From: Waddliaceae bacterium
Lineage (GTDB): Bacteria > Chlamydiota > Chlamydiia > Chlamydiales > SLFE01
Reading direction: 5' to 3'
NCBI GenBank assembly: GCA_963771045.1
Contig: CAVYRW010000003.1
Location: 15-64,014 of the forward strand
Length of the DNA stretch: 64,000 bases
The translations under genes and the position numbers were made by a program. This document shows, in pieces, positions 18,437 to 29,800 of the stretch. The notes beneath the pieces are model-generated. The model worked only from the letters and a program-made list of their open reading frames with translations, had not been told where the DNA came from and ran no database searches. The first letter of the stretch is position 1; every line of letters starts with the position of its first letter.

Positions 18437-18468
18437 GCCGAACCCGGCCATCGGGTTTGGCTTTTTTT
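18437..18468. terminator. GC hairpin plus T7 tract between the ppx-like and nfeD genes
   Basis: GCCGAACCCG-gccat-CGGGTTTGGC followed by TTTTTTT on the + strand. On the - strand, where the genes lie, the U-tract precedes the hairpin, so function is uncertain. Confidence 0.3.
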
Positions 18469-19485
18469 CACTCCCAGTAAGGAGTGTAAATCAGCATTCC
18501 CCTTGTCGATTTGGTATCGACAATTTCGATTTCATGAATATGAAGGGCTTTCATGAATGCCAGGACTAAAATAGCATTGGACACGTCTACGTTTGCATAA
18601 GGATTGTTCAGCTCTTCATCTGTCAAGTCGATGGATTCATTAATAAACGTTCTTAAATCTTTACGAACGATCACCCCTTCTTCGCCGATCGGACCGATAC
18701 TACTGGAAAATAAACGACCTATGCCAATTAATTTTGTCTCCGGCTGCTTGAGTTTATTTTTTATGATAGGATATGCCTTTCGGCCTAAAGAACGGGCATA
18801 ACGGTCAGCACCCTTGACATCCTCTTCAGCCATTGGGTTAGGAGTGGGAACTTCATTGGAATTCTTCCCTTGAACAAGATCGATAATATAATTTCTAAAT
18901 GGTATGGAGCCAACTCCCCCCATAAAAACCGAAAGCTCATTAGAGTCGTTCATTGTGGTCATTTGGAAACTCCCTGTTCCAATATCCCACACAATTAAAT
19001 TGTCTTTACCCTGATCACTGGCGGCAATTCCACTAAAAAATGCAAGAGTCCCCTCCTCTCTCTGAGAAATGACTTTAAAGGAATATTCGTTTTTTTCTGA
19101 ACATCTTGAGCAAAGCTGCCGCCATTGACGGCTTCTCGAAAAGCTGCGGTAGCGACGGCGGCTACTTTTTGAACTTGCAGATCTTCAGTGATTTCCTTGA
19201 TCTCCAAAATGTTTTCATTCCCAAATCGCAAATGCTTTCATCAAATGACCCGTCATAAGAAGATTGCAAAGAGGCTTGATAGGGAACCGGAAATGAGTCT
19301 TCAAAGACGATGGCAATAATTTTTTGATCGGTTGGATCAACATCGGCAATCGTGACTTTTGTTGAACCAGACCCGACATCGATTGCCGCTCTTCTTTCGA
19401 CAACCGGCGCATCAGCAAGCTCCTCAGCTGCGCAAAGACTTCCTAAAAACATAATAGCAGCTAATAATATAATTAACTTTTTCAT
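18468..19485 (-). pseudogene. secreted Ppx/GppA-family phosphatase, two frameshifts
   Basis: It has a signal peptide, 'AIDVGSGSTKVTIADV', and 'IVWDIGTGSFQ'. The reading is split over three overlapping frames (19485-19162, 19231-18995, 18992-18468). Confidence 0.65.
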
Positions 19486-19867
19486 TAATCACCATTTTAA
19501 TTTCTTATTAAAAGGTATTTTATCAAATTGTTTTATTAAATAAAAGTAATTTCCGAAAATGTAAATAAATAATTTTAAAATTATTTGCAAAACGAGATAT
19601 AGGTTACAATCACGGGTTAAATAGTCTGACTCTTAAATTTTTAATTTGTTAAAATTTGTTTTATTTCTTGATATTTTCCGTCCTTTAGTGGTAATATTTA
19701 TTATTAATGTTGTTCATTCGCACGGTTTAGAACAAATACTTCATTTTAAAAAGGCGCGTTTTCGATCAGTGCCTATACTCTTTTCAGTATACCCCGACAC
19801 TAAGTAACATGTGCCTGGATCGATCATAAGTGAAAACTTTTGCAGGGGCAGTTTTGGAGAATTTTGT

Positions 19868-21124
19868 ATGTCATTTGATACTCTCGGCTTATCGGCCGAA
19901 CTCATTCTAGCTGTTACCGAACAGGGCTATAGCAATCCCACCCCGATCCAACTTCAGGCTATTCCGGTCATACTTAAGGGCTTAGACATTTTGGGCGGTG
20001 CTGAAACCGGCACGGGAAAAACTGCCGGGTTTACCCTGCCGCTACTACATTGTTTACATAAAAAAGCAGCGAGCAAAGGTCGCTCTTCGCCGCGCGCACT
20101 GATTTTAACACCAACGCGAGAACTTGCTGCCCAGGTGCATGAGAGCGTCAGGATTTATGGCAAGTATTTACCCTTGAAATCCACTGTCATTTTTGGTGGG
20201 GTTAATATTAATTCCCAGATTGCAAAACTTAAAAAAGGTGTTGACGTCCTTGTAGCTACACCTGGACGTTTGCTTGATCATGTCAGCCAAAAAACCGTAG
20301 ACCTTTCAAAAGTCGAAATCCTAGTGTTGGATGAAGCCGATCGAATGTTGGATATGGGTTTTATTCACGATGTGCGAAAAATCATCAGACTGCTCCCTAG
20401 AAAAAGGCAGAATCTGCTTTTTTCGGCAACATTCTCAATGGAAATAAAAAAACTTGCAGACGACCTTCTGAATTCTCCGGTAATGATCGAAGTAGCTCGA
20501 AAAAACATGGCATCAGAACATGTAAAGCAGCTGATACATCCTGTTGACCGCAAGCTAAAACCTGAGCTGTTATCTCATCTGATTCGTACCGGAAACTGGA
20601 AACAAGCGCTAGTCTTCACCCGTACAAAACACGGTGCAAATCGTTTAACAAAGCAACTTGAAAAAGACGGAATCAGCGCTGTCGCCATCCATGGCAACAA
20701 AAGCCAAGCGGCCCGCACTAATGCGCTATCGAGCTTCAAAAATGGCCTTGTGCGTATACTTGTTGCAACTGACATTGCAGCGCGCGGCTTAGATATCGAT
20801 CAATTGCCGCATGTTGTCAACTTCGAGCTGCCGAATGTTCCTGAAGATTATGTGCATCGCATAGGCCGTACCGGCCGTGCCGGCAATAGCGGTGAAGCCA
20901 TATCATTGGTATGTATCGATGAACACAAACTTCTAAGAGATATAGAACACTTAACCAAACTCAAATTGCCAAAGGTTGTGATTTCCGGGTTTGAACCTGA
21001 CCTAACGATTAAAGCTGAACCTATTCAAAAAATGCGCAAAGGCCGTTCTACTAAAAATCGCAGCTTCTTCGGCAAAGCAAAAGGAAAGCATCCATACAAG
21101 TCAATGAGATTGAAAAAAATCTAA
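19868..21124 (+). CDS. rhlE: DEAD-box ATP-dependent RNA helicase
   Basis: Q-motif 'GYSNPTPIQ', 'AETGTGKT', 'VLDEADRM', 'SAT', '[10 protein letters not shown]'. ATG 19868 is preferred over the track start at 19811. Confidence 0.9.
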   Translation: MSFDTLGLSAELILAVTEQGYSNPTPIQLQAIPVILKGLDILGGAETGTGKTAGFTLPLLHCLHKKAASKGRSSPRALILTPTRELAAQVHESVRIYGKYLPLKSTVIFGGVNINSQIAKLKKGVDVLVATPGRLLDHVSQKTVDLSKVEILVLDEADRMLDMGFIHDVRKIIRLLPRKRQNLLFSATFSMEIKKLADDLLNSPVMIEVARKNMASEHVKQLIHPVDRKLKPELLSHLIRTGNWKQALVFTRTKHGANRLTKQLEKDGISAVAIHGNKSQAARTNALSSFKNGLVRILVATDIAARGLDIDQLPHVVNFELPNVPEDYVHRIGRTGRAGNSGEAISLVCIDEHKLLRDIEHLTKLKLPKVVISGFEPDLTIKAEPIQKMRKGRSTKNRSFFGKAKGKHPYKSMRLKKI

Positions 21125-21261
21125 TTCCGCAGTCTCAATAAATAATCTCTAATCTCTTTTTTTTTTCTTTTCCTCTCCCGTGCATAGCGTCAATTTCAGA
21201 AACTTGTTCCCTATCTTCTTGAGATAGATTCTTATGTTTAATAAGACTCATACGAAATGAC

Positions 21262-21339
21262 TGGTTTTCTTTAAGGCAAAAGGCTTTCAATCTTTAAAGT
21301 ATCTGGAATAATTTATCCAGATGGATTCAATTGACTCTT
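21262..21339 (+). mobile_element. IS66-type terminal fragment
   Basis: Matches the reverse complement of 24037-24115 ('...TCTGGAATAATTT.TCCAGATGG.TT.AA.TGAC.CTTAC'), ending in the GTAAG-type IS66 terminus. Confidence 0.5.
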
Positions 21340-21576
21340 ACTATGAATTTTTCTAAAACAATTAAATAAAATATTAATGTTGTTAAAATATTGGTCATTT
21401 CTGTCTCTGTACTGGACAAAAAATGATTTGATAAAAAAATGTCGCTGATGAGATTGTAACTCGTTGAAAACCAAATCTAGCGAGGTACATTTATGAATCA
21501 CATCAGCGAACGGCTTTGTTGCGTAATTAACCACAGAGCTCACAAGAGCGCACAGAGAGAATATGAGAGATTTGAT

Positions 21577-22521
21577 TTAAGCTGCTATTAATTCACTTTC
21601 AGGCATTCCCAGCTTTGTCATTATATTTAGTGCTTCACATTTTGCCCTTGATTCAGCCCTTTGGGTTTCCAGAGTTCTACTTCTTAAATCATTTCCAAAG
21701 AATCGTTTAAATCTAAACATGGCTGTTTCTGCAAGTGATCGGCGATGATAACCTTTCAACTTTTTCCATAATTTTCTTGCATCATCATCACCTCCTAAAC
21801 CTGAAATTTCCAGCAAACTGATATTCCGCATCTTCCAAGAAGGAGATATGTTTTCTCGAAAAACAGCATTCCTATTGGGTGGAATAATAGGAATTGAGCC
21901 GTGAACTACATTTGCAGCATAGCATCGCTTAGTATCATAAGCCCCATCTCCATATGTGCGCTTAACTGATTTCGGCATTACCTCGAGAAGTTTTGGATAC
22001 ACTTCACAATCTGCAACGTTATTTTCAGTAAGAATTTCGAAAATAATTTCGTGAGAGTCAGGGCAGACTGCCAGATGGAGCTTTCTCCATGTTCGTCTTT
22101 TACTGATTCCATGCTGCCTAACTTTCCATTCACCCTCTCCGTACACTTTCAAACCGGTTGAATCGATTACAATATTGGTGACTTTTTTTTTCGAAAGTTT
22201 CTTCAACTCTTGCCCCAACAACTTAGCTCTCCGACAAATTTGAGTATAAGAAGGAATCGATAAACCAACAGATAAAATCATAACAAGAGATGTCAAAAAT
22301 CCTTCGAGTGCTCTCAATGGAAGATGAAAAACCGATCGAATAATGAGCGCGGTGAGAATAGCGTCATCAGAATAGAGTTTTGGACGCCCCTTTTTTCCTA
22401 TTTCTTTTGGAGCCATCCACTTATTGATAGCATCTTCAGAAAACCAAACAGTTATGCTTCCCCTTTGAATAAGAGATTTGTTATAGTCGTTCCAGTTGCG
22501 AATGCGATATTTTGCCTTCAT
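21577..22521 (-). CDS. IS5-family/IS903-group DDE transposase
   Basis: Collinear with IS903 Tnp as I recall it: 'YRIRNWNDYNKSLIQRGSITVWF', 'IDSTGLKVYGEGEWKVRQHG', 'WRKLHLAV', 'GDGAYDT', 'SLAETAMFRFKRFFG'. Confidence 0.85.
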   Translation of the reverse strand: MKAKYRIRNWNDYNKSLIQRGSITVWFSEDAINKWMAPKEIGKKGRPKLYSDDAILTALIIRSVFHLPLRALEGFLTSLVMILSVGLSIPSYTQICRRAKLLGQELKKLSKKKVTNIVIDSTGLKVYGEGEWKVRQHGISKRRTWRKLHLAVCPDSHEIIFEILTENNVADCEVYPKLLEVMPKSVKRTYGDGAYDTKRCYAANVVHGSIPIIPPNRNAVFRENISPSWKMRNISLLEISGLGGDDDARKLWKKLKGYHRRSLAETAMFRFKRFFGNDLRSRTLETQRAESRAKCEALNIMTKLGMPESELIAA

Positions 22522-22605
22522 CTTGATCCTCCAATTTGTTGCAACTAAAAATTAGAGTATTAGGTATTTGTCGGCAAGCTCGCATTCGCCCTTTTTGGAG
22601 AAAAG

Positions 22606-23013
22606 ATGACTAGTACCCACACAACTGAAGAAGCCAACCAAAAAAGAAATGACCTTTTAACAGGGGAAATCATAGGTGCTGCGATTGAAGTTCATCGAAG
22701 ATTAGGTCCAGGCTTGCTTGAATCGACATACGAAACTTGTCTTTGCTACGAGTTGAACCTTGCGGGTTTGAAAGTTAACCGGCAGATACCAGTACCTATT
22801 ATTTATCGTGATAAAAAGCTAGACTCAGGCTACCGGATCGATATGATAGTGGAAGATAAGGTTATTTTGGAGATAAAATCTGTGGCCAATTTCTTGCCTG
22901 TTCATGAGGCCCAACTTCTATCCTATCTTAAGCATAATGGTGGTGGCAGAGGTTTGCTCATCAATTTCAATGTAAAACTTCTAAAAAATGGGATTAGGCG
23001 TCTAATCATTTAA
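22606..23013 (+). CDS. GxxExxY-family protein (PD-(D/E)xK nuclease-like)
   Basis: 'GPGLLESTYETCLCYEL' carries the GxxExxY signature, followed by 'RIDMIVEDKVILEIK...HEAQLLSYL'. Confidence 0.75.
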   Translation: MTSTHTTEEANQKRNDLLTGEIIGAAIEVHRRLGPGLLESTYETCLCYELNLAGLKVNRQIPVPIIYRDKKLDSGYRIDMIVEDKVILEIKSVANFLPVHEAQLLSYLKHNGGGRGLLINFNVKLLKNGIRRLII

Positions 23014-23117
23014 TTCCTCTCTCATAATCTCTCAGTGAGCTCGGTGGTCTCAGTGGTGATTTATGCAACAACGCCACAATACTTCCAGAAGAAGCTAATT
23101 TTAACCATATCGAAAAC

Positions 23118-23597
23118 TTGAAATATGGAGGAATTCTTCCAAATAAAAGTATTCGTAAACCACATCCAAGCGGTAGCGGATATTATCAAGAAATACCTAA
23201 TACTAAGGAAGCATTAACTCATTTAATAACGGAATATTTAAATGAAAATCCTTTCAATTATTGTATAGCAGAGGATGTGATTAGGAAAACTAAAGATGAG
23301 GGGATAAATGAATCCAACGCTATGATTTTAACATATAATGATGAAGTTTACTATTTATTAGATCAGGGATCCCGTGAAAGTGAGATTGAAGATGCAATTT
23401 GGTCCGCAAATGCTATCTATCATATGCTGGTAGTTTTAGCAAAAGGGAATCATGATTTCCGAACTCATTTGCAGTTAGAAGATTTTGACTTAATTTGTGA
23501 AAGTATTTGTTATATCATTGGCAGCGCTTATGATAGCGAATCATATGTTATTTGGAAGAAGGATGAACTGAAGAATAGGAAATTCAAGCATGTCTAG
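23118..23597 (+). CDS. orphan immunity-like protein, paralogue of 42116-42688 and 42688-43365; 3' end replaced by an IS91 terminus
   Basis: Shares the C-terminal motif 'IIGSAYDSESYVIWKKD' (compare 'ILAGAYDGEGYIIWQKD' and 'FIFPAYNGEACIFWTKK'). The last codons '...KFKHV*' are encoded by the IS91 end sequence. Confidence 0.45.
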   Translation: MKYGGILPNKSIRKPHPSGSGYYQEIPNTKEALTHLITEYLNENPFNYCIAEDVIRKTKDEGINESNAMILTYNDEVYYLLDQGSRESEIEDAIWSANAIYHMLVVLAKGNHDFRTHLQLEDFDLICESICYIIGSAYDSESYVIWKKDELKNRKFKHV

Positions 23598-23660
23598 GGA
23601 TTTATCCTCCGATCGGACAGTGAGGTGTGTGGGATTAAATTCTTTATTTTTGAACGATAA
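23575..23660 (-). mobile_element. IS91-like terminal fragment (first ~85 nt of the hairpin-side end)
   Basis: Diverged copy of 'ATAGGAAAATCAAGCATGTCTAAGG...ATTCCTTTATTTTTGAGCGATAA', also seen at 32656, 35206 and 44336. Confidence 0.6.
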
Positions 23661-23755
23661 GCAGAAGCGATTATTGGTGCAGTCGTGGGCGCTATAGCAG
23701 CTTTTGCCGTTTATGAAGGAACTCATTACGTTGAAGATTGCGTGAATAAAAATCT
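23661..23755 (+). pseudogene. fragment of the RHS2 C-terminal region
   Basis: About 95 nt near-identical to 41734-41828 ('AEAIIGAVVGAIAAFVVYEGTHYVEDCVNEN'). Confidence 0.8.
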
Positions 23756-23768
23756 AGCCTTGTTCACT

Positions 23769-24036
23769 TTTTCGGTCGACTGCGAGGCCCTATCTGACGA
23801 TCGATTGCTTCTCGGCAATAGTTAAAGCTATTCCCTCGTCGCAATCGTCACTTCCCGTGAAATAGCGTAGGAAAATTCTCTTTAAAGGCTTTTCTTTAAA
23901 AAATGTCGGCTTTCTGTTACTTTTTTTCCTTCAGTGGGAGGATTGTCGCATGGAGGATGAGTTACAAAGAGTTTATCGGCAGCTCTATGATGTTGTCATC
24001 CCCGATATCGATTATTATTTGCGACAAATTGGTAAG
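23769..24036 (+). repeat. duplicated upstream region plus first 27 codons of the GltD-like gene (copy beta), cut by IS66
   Basis: '...AAAAAATGTC.G.TTTCTGTTACTTTTTT.CCTTCAGTGGG.GGATTGTCGCATGGAGGATGAG...' encodes MEDELQRVYRQLYDVVIPDIDYYLRQI, as at 49703. Homology ends at the IS66 terminus GTAAGCGTC (24037). Confidence 0.8.
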
Positions 24037-24215
24037 CGTCATTTAAACCCATCTGGAAAAATTATTCCAGATTCTTTAGAGATCGAGAGCCCCTTTGCCT
24101 TAGCCCAGCGATCGGAGAGAAGTTCGTACAGCTTGTTTGCGGGGTGATCCATTAAACTGCGCATGACATCTTCAAGATATTCGTGGGGATTAATGCCAAG
24201 TTCACGGCATGTTTG
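24037..24215 (-). pseudogene. IS66-family transposase C-terminal remnant with terminus
   Basis: The reverse strand reads 'CRELGINPHEYLEDVMRSLMDHPANKLYELLSDRW', the IS66 C-terminal element pattern, and ends with GTAAGCG. Confidence 0.6.
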
Positions 24216-24835
24216 AATAAGGGAGTCAATGAGGTCTCGTGAAAGAGAAGGTCGCTGCCATCTTTACTAAAGAGACCATCAGCCACAATAAGATGGAAAT
24301 GAGGGTGGAAATTTAGTGTCTTTCCGAAATACTGGATGAAGCTGATGATGCCGATTTGCAGATCTGGGATATTTGGACCACATATAATGAGTCTTTTTCG
24401 AATTTCATCAACGACGATCTTTAAAATGGATTGAAGAATTTTGTACGTTTGAAGGTAACACCTAATCCGCAAAGGAAAACTGATCACAAATTGCCTGATG
24501 GGAATGGACGGAACGACATTTTCAACAAGGTGGGCTGCTGTTTCAACCATTGTTCGTGTGTTGCAGGATGGGCAGATACCTCGGCCTTTACAGGAAAAAG
24601 CAATGAAAATGTCTTTGTTGCAGTCAGCACAATGAGCACAGGCGAATCCATTAGCTAATATGCCGAATTCCAAATACTTATGGAATTCCCTGTCTATGTA
24701 TTTGGGAATGGGGTTTTCAGAGTTTTTGTACCATGTCTTGTAGTGCCTTTTTATGACGTCAAAAAGAACCGTTTTCTCAGGTTTACGAGGCCGATAGATC
24801 ACTTCTGATTTTTTAGGACAGCAGATAGAAGACAT
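24216..24835 (-). pseudogene. IS91-family transposase, N-terminal ~205 aa only
   Basis: Track ORF 24152-24835. 'CAHCADCNKDIFIAFSCKGRGICPSCNTRTMVETAAHLVENV...HPHFHLIVADGLF' is truncated after 'SLTP' by the IS66 remnant. Confidence 0.8.
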
Positions 24836-24897
24836 TTCGATTCATAAAAAAGATTATTCAAATATCTGAAAGCTAGATAATTGAAATTTTTATTTCA

Positions 24898-25236
24898 ATG
24901 GCAAGTACAAAGTGCCTTGAAATGACAGGTGTTCCTCTAGCGGGGAGAAAGCCCTTTCGGACGTTCCTCAAAGAAGTCGCCATGTCCTATTTTGTGATCT
25001 CGCCCGAAGAAAACGGGGTCGACTGCCACCGCACCTGGGAGGCGCTCTACCTGAGAGCGATCCCCATTGTCACAAGAAGCATCAATTCCGAATTTTATGC
25101 CGGCCTGCCGATCATTATTCTCGACAGCTGGGACGATTTTCAGGATTTGGAATTATCCGAAGAGCTCTATTACGAGCTTTGGGGAGATTTCGATCCAGAC
25201 ACCCTGACCGTCGATTTTTTCATTCATCAAAGGTAA
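24898..25236 (+). pseudogene. C-terminal fragment of a glycosyltransferase-like protein (exostosin-type C-terminus)
   Basis: 'FVISPEENGVDCHRTWEALYLRAIPIV...LPIIILDSWDDF'. The 5' end abuts the IS91 fragment. Assignment is weak. Confidence 0.3.
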
Positions 25237-25262
25237 TTCTTGTTTTTTCTATGCTTAAGACC

Positions 25263-26803
25263 TCATTCACAGACCCTTTGTTCTGCGATATTCACCCATC
25301 CGCCCCCCATGGCTTGATAGGTATTGACAACGGAAGAGAACAGCCCCACCCTTGTTTGAATCCAAGAGAGCTGGGCGGGGAAATACTGCTCTTGGGCCTG
25401 GAGAACAACGAAATAGGGCGAGTAGCCCCCCTTGTACTGGAGCTTTGCAAGGTGGACGTACTCTCCAGAGGCGGCGACTAGCCTTTTTTGCGCGTCAAAT
25501 TGATTTTGGAGGTACTCGTAGGCGGCAAGAGCGTTTTCCACATCGCTAAAGGCGCTTATGATCGTATTTTTGTAGTCAAAGAGGGAGGCGAGGTAGGAGG
25601 CTTCGGCCTGCTTGACCTGGCCATAGATATTTCCGAAGGTGAAAAGCGGGCCGATGATAGAACCTGCATAGGACCACGTTCTCGATGGGCCGTTGAATAG
25701 GCTTCCGAGCTCTCTACTTGCATACCCGTAAAAGCCTGTCAAGCTAATATCGGGAAAATAAAGGGCTTTTGCGGCGCCGACCAGAGCATTTGAAGCGACG
25801 AGGTTATACTCGGCCTCTAAAACATCGGGTCTGTTGCAAAGGATTTCAGAGGGAATTCCCTCTGGAATTGTTGGCAAAGTGAGGTCGTAGATCGTTTTTC
25901 CTCTCGGAATGGCCCCCGGATTGCTCCCCAGGAGGATAGAGAGGGCATTTTCTGTTTGGGCGATCTGCAATTCCAATTCGGGGATAGTCGCCGCGGCTAG
26001 TTCGTACTGCGTTCTGGGCTTGGGCGACGAGCATTTGGGAGGCTTGCCCATAGTTGAACTGATTGGTAAAGTAGGTAACCTCCTCACTATAGGCCTCTAG
26101 AGTCTCATTGGCGACCTTGAGCTGGGCGTCGAGGCCGATTAGCTGCAGATATGTATTCGCCGTAAGGGCGACAACCGAGAGAATCACAGCTTTTCTTGCC
26201 TGATCGGCGGCGAAAAGCTCGGCGCTAGCCGCTTGGGTCAGCCTGCGGATTCTCCCCCAGAGATCGATCTCCCAGGACCCTTTGGGCGAGGAGCTCGTAT
26301 TCTGAAAATGGGTTGCTGAAAAAGAGGGCGGGAAGACCCCCTGTTGTTGTTGTCCCCTCTTTAATGCGGGCGGCATTGACCGAATAGCCCGTTTGGGGAA
26401 ATAATTGCGACCTTGTTTGGATTAAAACTCCAAGAGCTTGCTCGACATTTGCCGCGGCAATTTTAATGTCATAGTTGTTTGCGAGGGCCTGCTCTATCAA
26501 TGCTAATAGAATCGGGTCTTCGAACTGCTCCCACCAGGCAGTATTAAGCGTGCCTTCGACGTGTTGGGGTTCGTACCGGTACTCCTGAGGGATATCGAGG
26601 CAGGGGCGGCGGTAATTGGGGCCGATCATGCACCCGGCGAGGAGTAGAAAGACAAGCAGAGGGAGTTGCGAAACTAAGGCAAAACCGATTTTTTGAGCTA
26701 TTTTGCCGAGATTTGCTATTTGTGCCAAATAGCAAAGGTCAGTGAAAAAGCCAAAAAGCGGCCTGCCAGAGTTTTGCAATTTCCTCGGTAGTCTGGCTTT
26801 CAT
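25263..26803 (-). pseudogene. outer-membrane efflux factor (NodT/OprM family lipoprotein), two frameshifts
   Basis: Lipobox 'LLLAGC', 'SWEIDLWGRIRR', and a C-terminal 'YQAMGGGW'. The reading is split over 26803-26225, 26376-25846 and 26087-25263. Confidence 0.8.
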
Positions 26804-29800
26804 CTTTTTCGTCCTCCTAATTTTTCAAATATAAGGTAAAAAAGAGGCACGTAGAGAAGAGCGAGGGTAGAAGCGCCGATCATCCCTCCTAAAATTCCGG
26901 TTCCAATGGAGTGGCGGGCGTTTGCCCCCGCTCCCATAGCGATGACGAGAGGAAAAATACCAAAAATAAAGGCGAGGGAGGTCATGATGATGGGGCGCAA
27001 ACGGAGTTTTCCAGCCTCCACGGCAGATTCTAAGAGGGTTTTCCCTTGCTCTTTGAGTTCGACGGCAAATTCGACTATCAAAATCGCGTTTTTCGCCGCA
27101 AGCCCAACGAGGACGAGGAGGCCGATTTGAAAATAGATATCGTTATCGAGACCGCGCAAATAGGTGGCGATGAGTGCGCCGATGATGCCAAAAGGAACAG
27201 CAGTCATTACCGCTCCCGGCAGCGACCACGATTCAAATTGAGCGGCAAGGATCAAAAAGACGATCAAGACTCCAAAGGCGAAGGCGGCTGCAGAGCTTCC
27301 GCCCGATGCTTTTTCTTGGTAGGCCATCCCCGACCAGGCAAACCCATACCCTTGGGGAAGTATCTCTTTGGCGACCTCCTCCATCGCTGCCATTGCCTGC
27401 CCCGAGCTATATCCGGCAGCAGCTCCTCCTGTGATTTGGGCGGCGGGGAATCCGTTGAAATGGGGGAGAAGGTCGGGTCCCATCGTCGCTTCCATGGTGA
27501 TCAGCCCTGTAATGGGGACCATCTTTCCATTAGTGGATTTTGTATAGAGGCGGTTGATATCCTCCGGGGATTGCCTATATTCCGCATCCGACTGGATCAT
27601 CACATCCCATGTGCGGCTATACTTTTGGTATTGGCTCACTTGGATCGATCCGAGCTGCGCTTGCAGCGTGTCGTAGACATCTTGTACCGGCACCCCGAGC
27701 AGAAGGGCTAAGGGACGGTTGAGATTTGCCTTCAGCTGCTGAGAGGTAGCCTTATAGGTAGTCCGAAGATTTGAGAGTTCTTCTCTCTCGGCCGCTTTTT
27801 TCATAAACGTTTTCAAAATGTTGGCCAGATCGAGCGGATTCCCATTCCCTTGGTCCTGGATCCAAAATTGAAAACCCCCTGTAGAGCCGATTCCAGGGAT
27901 AGCGGGAGGGGCGACGGGGATGGTGATCCCGGTTAAAATGTCTTGCGACTCTTTATAGATATCGAGCAGGACGGCCTTAGCGTTCTCCTTTTTGGCGGTG
28001 GCGATATTTTTGTACCGCTCCTCAAAACCTTTGAATGCGATGAACATCGACGACATATTCGGGAGGTATTGGCTGTCGATTAAACTGTATCCATTGATGA
28101 CGGTCCGAGAGGCCACCGCGGGATTGCTTGCGTAGAGGGCATCAACTTTCGCTGTTGTTTCCTGGGTTCTCACCATGCTCGCCCCATCGGGCATGACTAC
28201 TTGGGTGAAGACATACCCTTGGTCCTCATTGGGGATAAAGCTCGACGGAAGGATGGAAAAGAGGTGGAAAATCCCATACAGCATCCCCCCAAGAAGGGCC
28301 AAAAAAACCCATTTTCTTCTGATTACGAATTCAATTGAGGAACCATACCACCCTGTCATCCGATCAAAAGCCCTGTTGAAGAAGCCGAAAAATCCTTTTT
28401 TTCCTTTCTCCTCATCACGCAGAAGAACTCCGCACATTGCAGGGGTGAGAGTGAGCGCCGTAAATCCCGAAAGGGTCACAGAGACCACAATAGTAATGGC
28501 AAACTGTTTATAGAGCTGTCCTGTCGTCCCGGGGATAAAGGCTGCGGGGATAAAAACGGCGCTTAAGACCAGTACGACGGCGACCACGGGAGCGGCTACC
28601 TCCCCCATCGCTTTGACGGCCGCTTCTTTGGGAGAGATATTTTTTAGGTTTCTCTCGACATTCTCCACCACGACAATCGCGTCATCGACTACCATTCCGA
28701 TAGCCAGCACCATAGCAAACAAAGTCAGGAGATTGATTGAAAATCCGAGGGCGAGCATTCCGATAAAGGTTCCGATCAGCGAGACGAGGATCGCCGCAAT
28801 GCAGATGAGAGTTGCCTTGAACGTTTGGAGGAACATATAGACGACAAAAGTCACTAAAAGAGCCGCAATGAACAGGGTTTTGATCACCTCTTTGATCGAA
28901 ATTTTGACAAACTCGGTCGTGTCGAGGGCAATTGCGTATTCGATCCCGTCGGGAAGGGACGATTTGAGATTTTCCAGGGTTTTCCGCACCCCGTTTGAGA
29001 CATCGAGGCCGTTGGCGCCGGGCTGTTGGTAGACCACAATCGCAGCTGCTTGGGTTCCATTGTAGAAGTTGTTGCCGATGTACTGCTTTCTTCCCACCTC
29101 GGCACGCGCGACATCGCCCAGCCTCACGATCGCCGTTCCATCTTGGTTGGTCCGCAAGATGATGTTTTCGTATTCATGGGGTTCTGTAAAGGGGAGCTGG
29201 GTGATCACAGGGATGGTCAGCTGTTGGTCGGGGATAGAGGGTTGCGCGCCGATTTGCCCTGCCCCAATGAGGGCATTTTGTCCTGAGACAGCGTTTTTGA
29301 TCTCGGTCGTCGTGATCTTAAGCGATGCCATCCGGTCGGGGTTGAGCCAAATCCGCATCGCCTGATCGGGGATCCCGAAGATTTGAGCTTGCCCCGCCCC
29401 ATCGACTCTCTTGATAGCATCGAGGATGTAGACATTGGCATAGGTGTTGACATACTCATCGCTGTAGCGGCCGTCTTTGTTGTAAACGGCGACGAGCATC
29501 AACGTACTGGAGGATTGCTTCTTCACTGAGACCCCGAACTGTTTGACCGCTTGGGGGAGCTGAGGCATTGCGAGATTGACCCTGTTTTGGACGAGAACTT
29601 GGGCGATATCGGGGTCGGTATCAAGGCTGAAGTAGACGGATATTGTCATCTGCCCTGTATTGGAGCTTGTAGAGGTCATATAGAGCATATTCTCTACCCC
29701 GTTGATCTCTGCTTCGATCGGTGCAGCGACCGATTCCCCCACAGTTTTGGAGTCGGCGCCGGGGTAGGTTGTCGTGACTTGGATTTGGACGGGGGTAATC

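Larger units (their letters stand above)
21512..23075 (-). mobile_element. IS5-family (IS903-group) element, 1564 bp, carrying a passenger gene
   Basis: The terminal IR GGCTTTGTTGCGTAATTAACCAC (21512-) pairs with the reverse complement of 23053-23075, GGCGTTGTTGCATAAATCACCAC (19/23). It resembles the IS903 IR GGCTTTGTTGAATAAATC. Arm similarity extends to about 65 bp. No flanking direct repeat was found. Confidence 0.65.

Noticed and set aside
21313-21543. 76-aa minus-strand ORF starting inside the IS903-like left IR
   Set aside because: It begins within the IR and ends inside an IS66 terminal fragment, so it is a chance ORF across mobile-element junk. A similar outward reading from the right IR stops after 28 codons.
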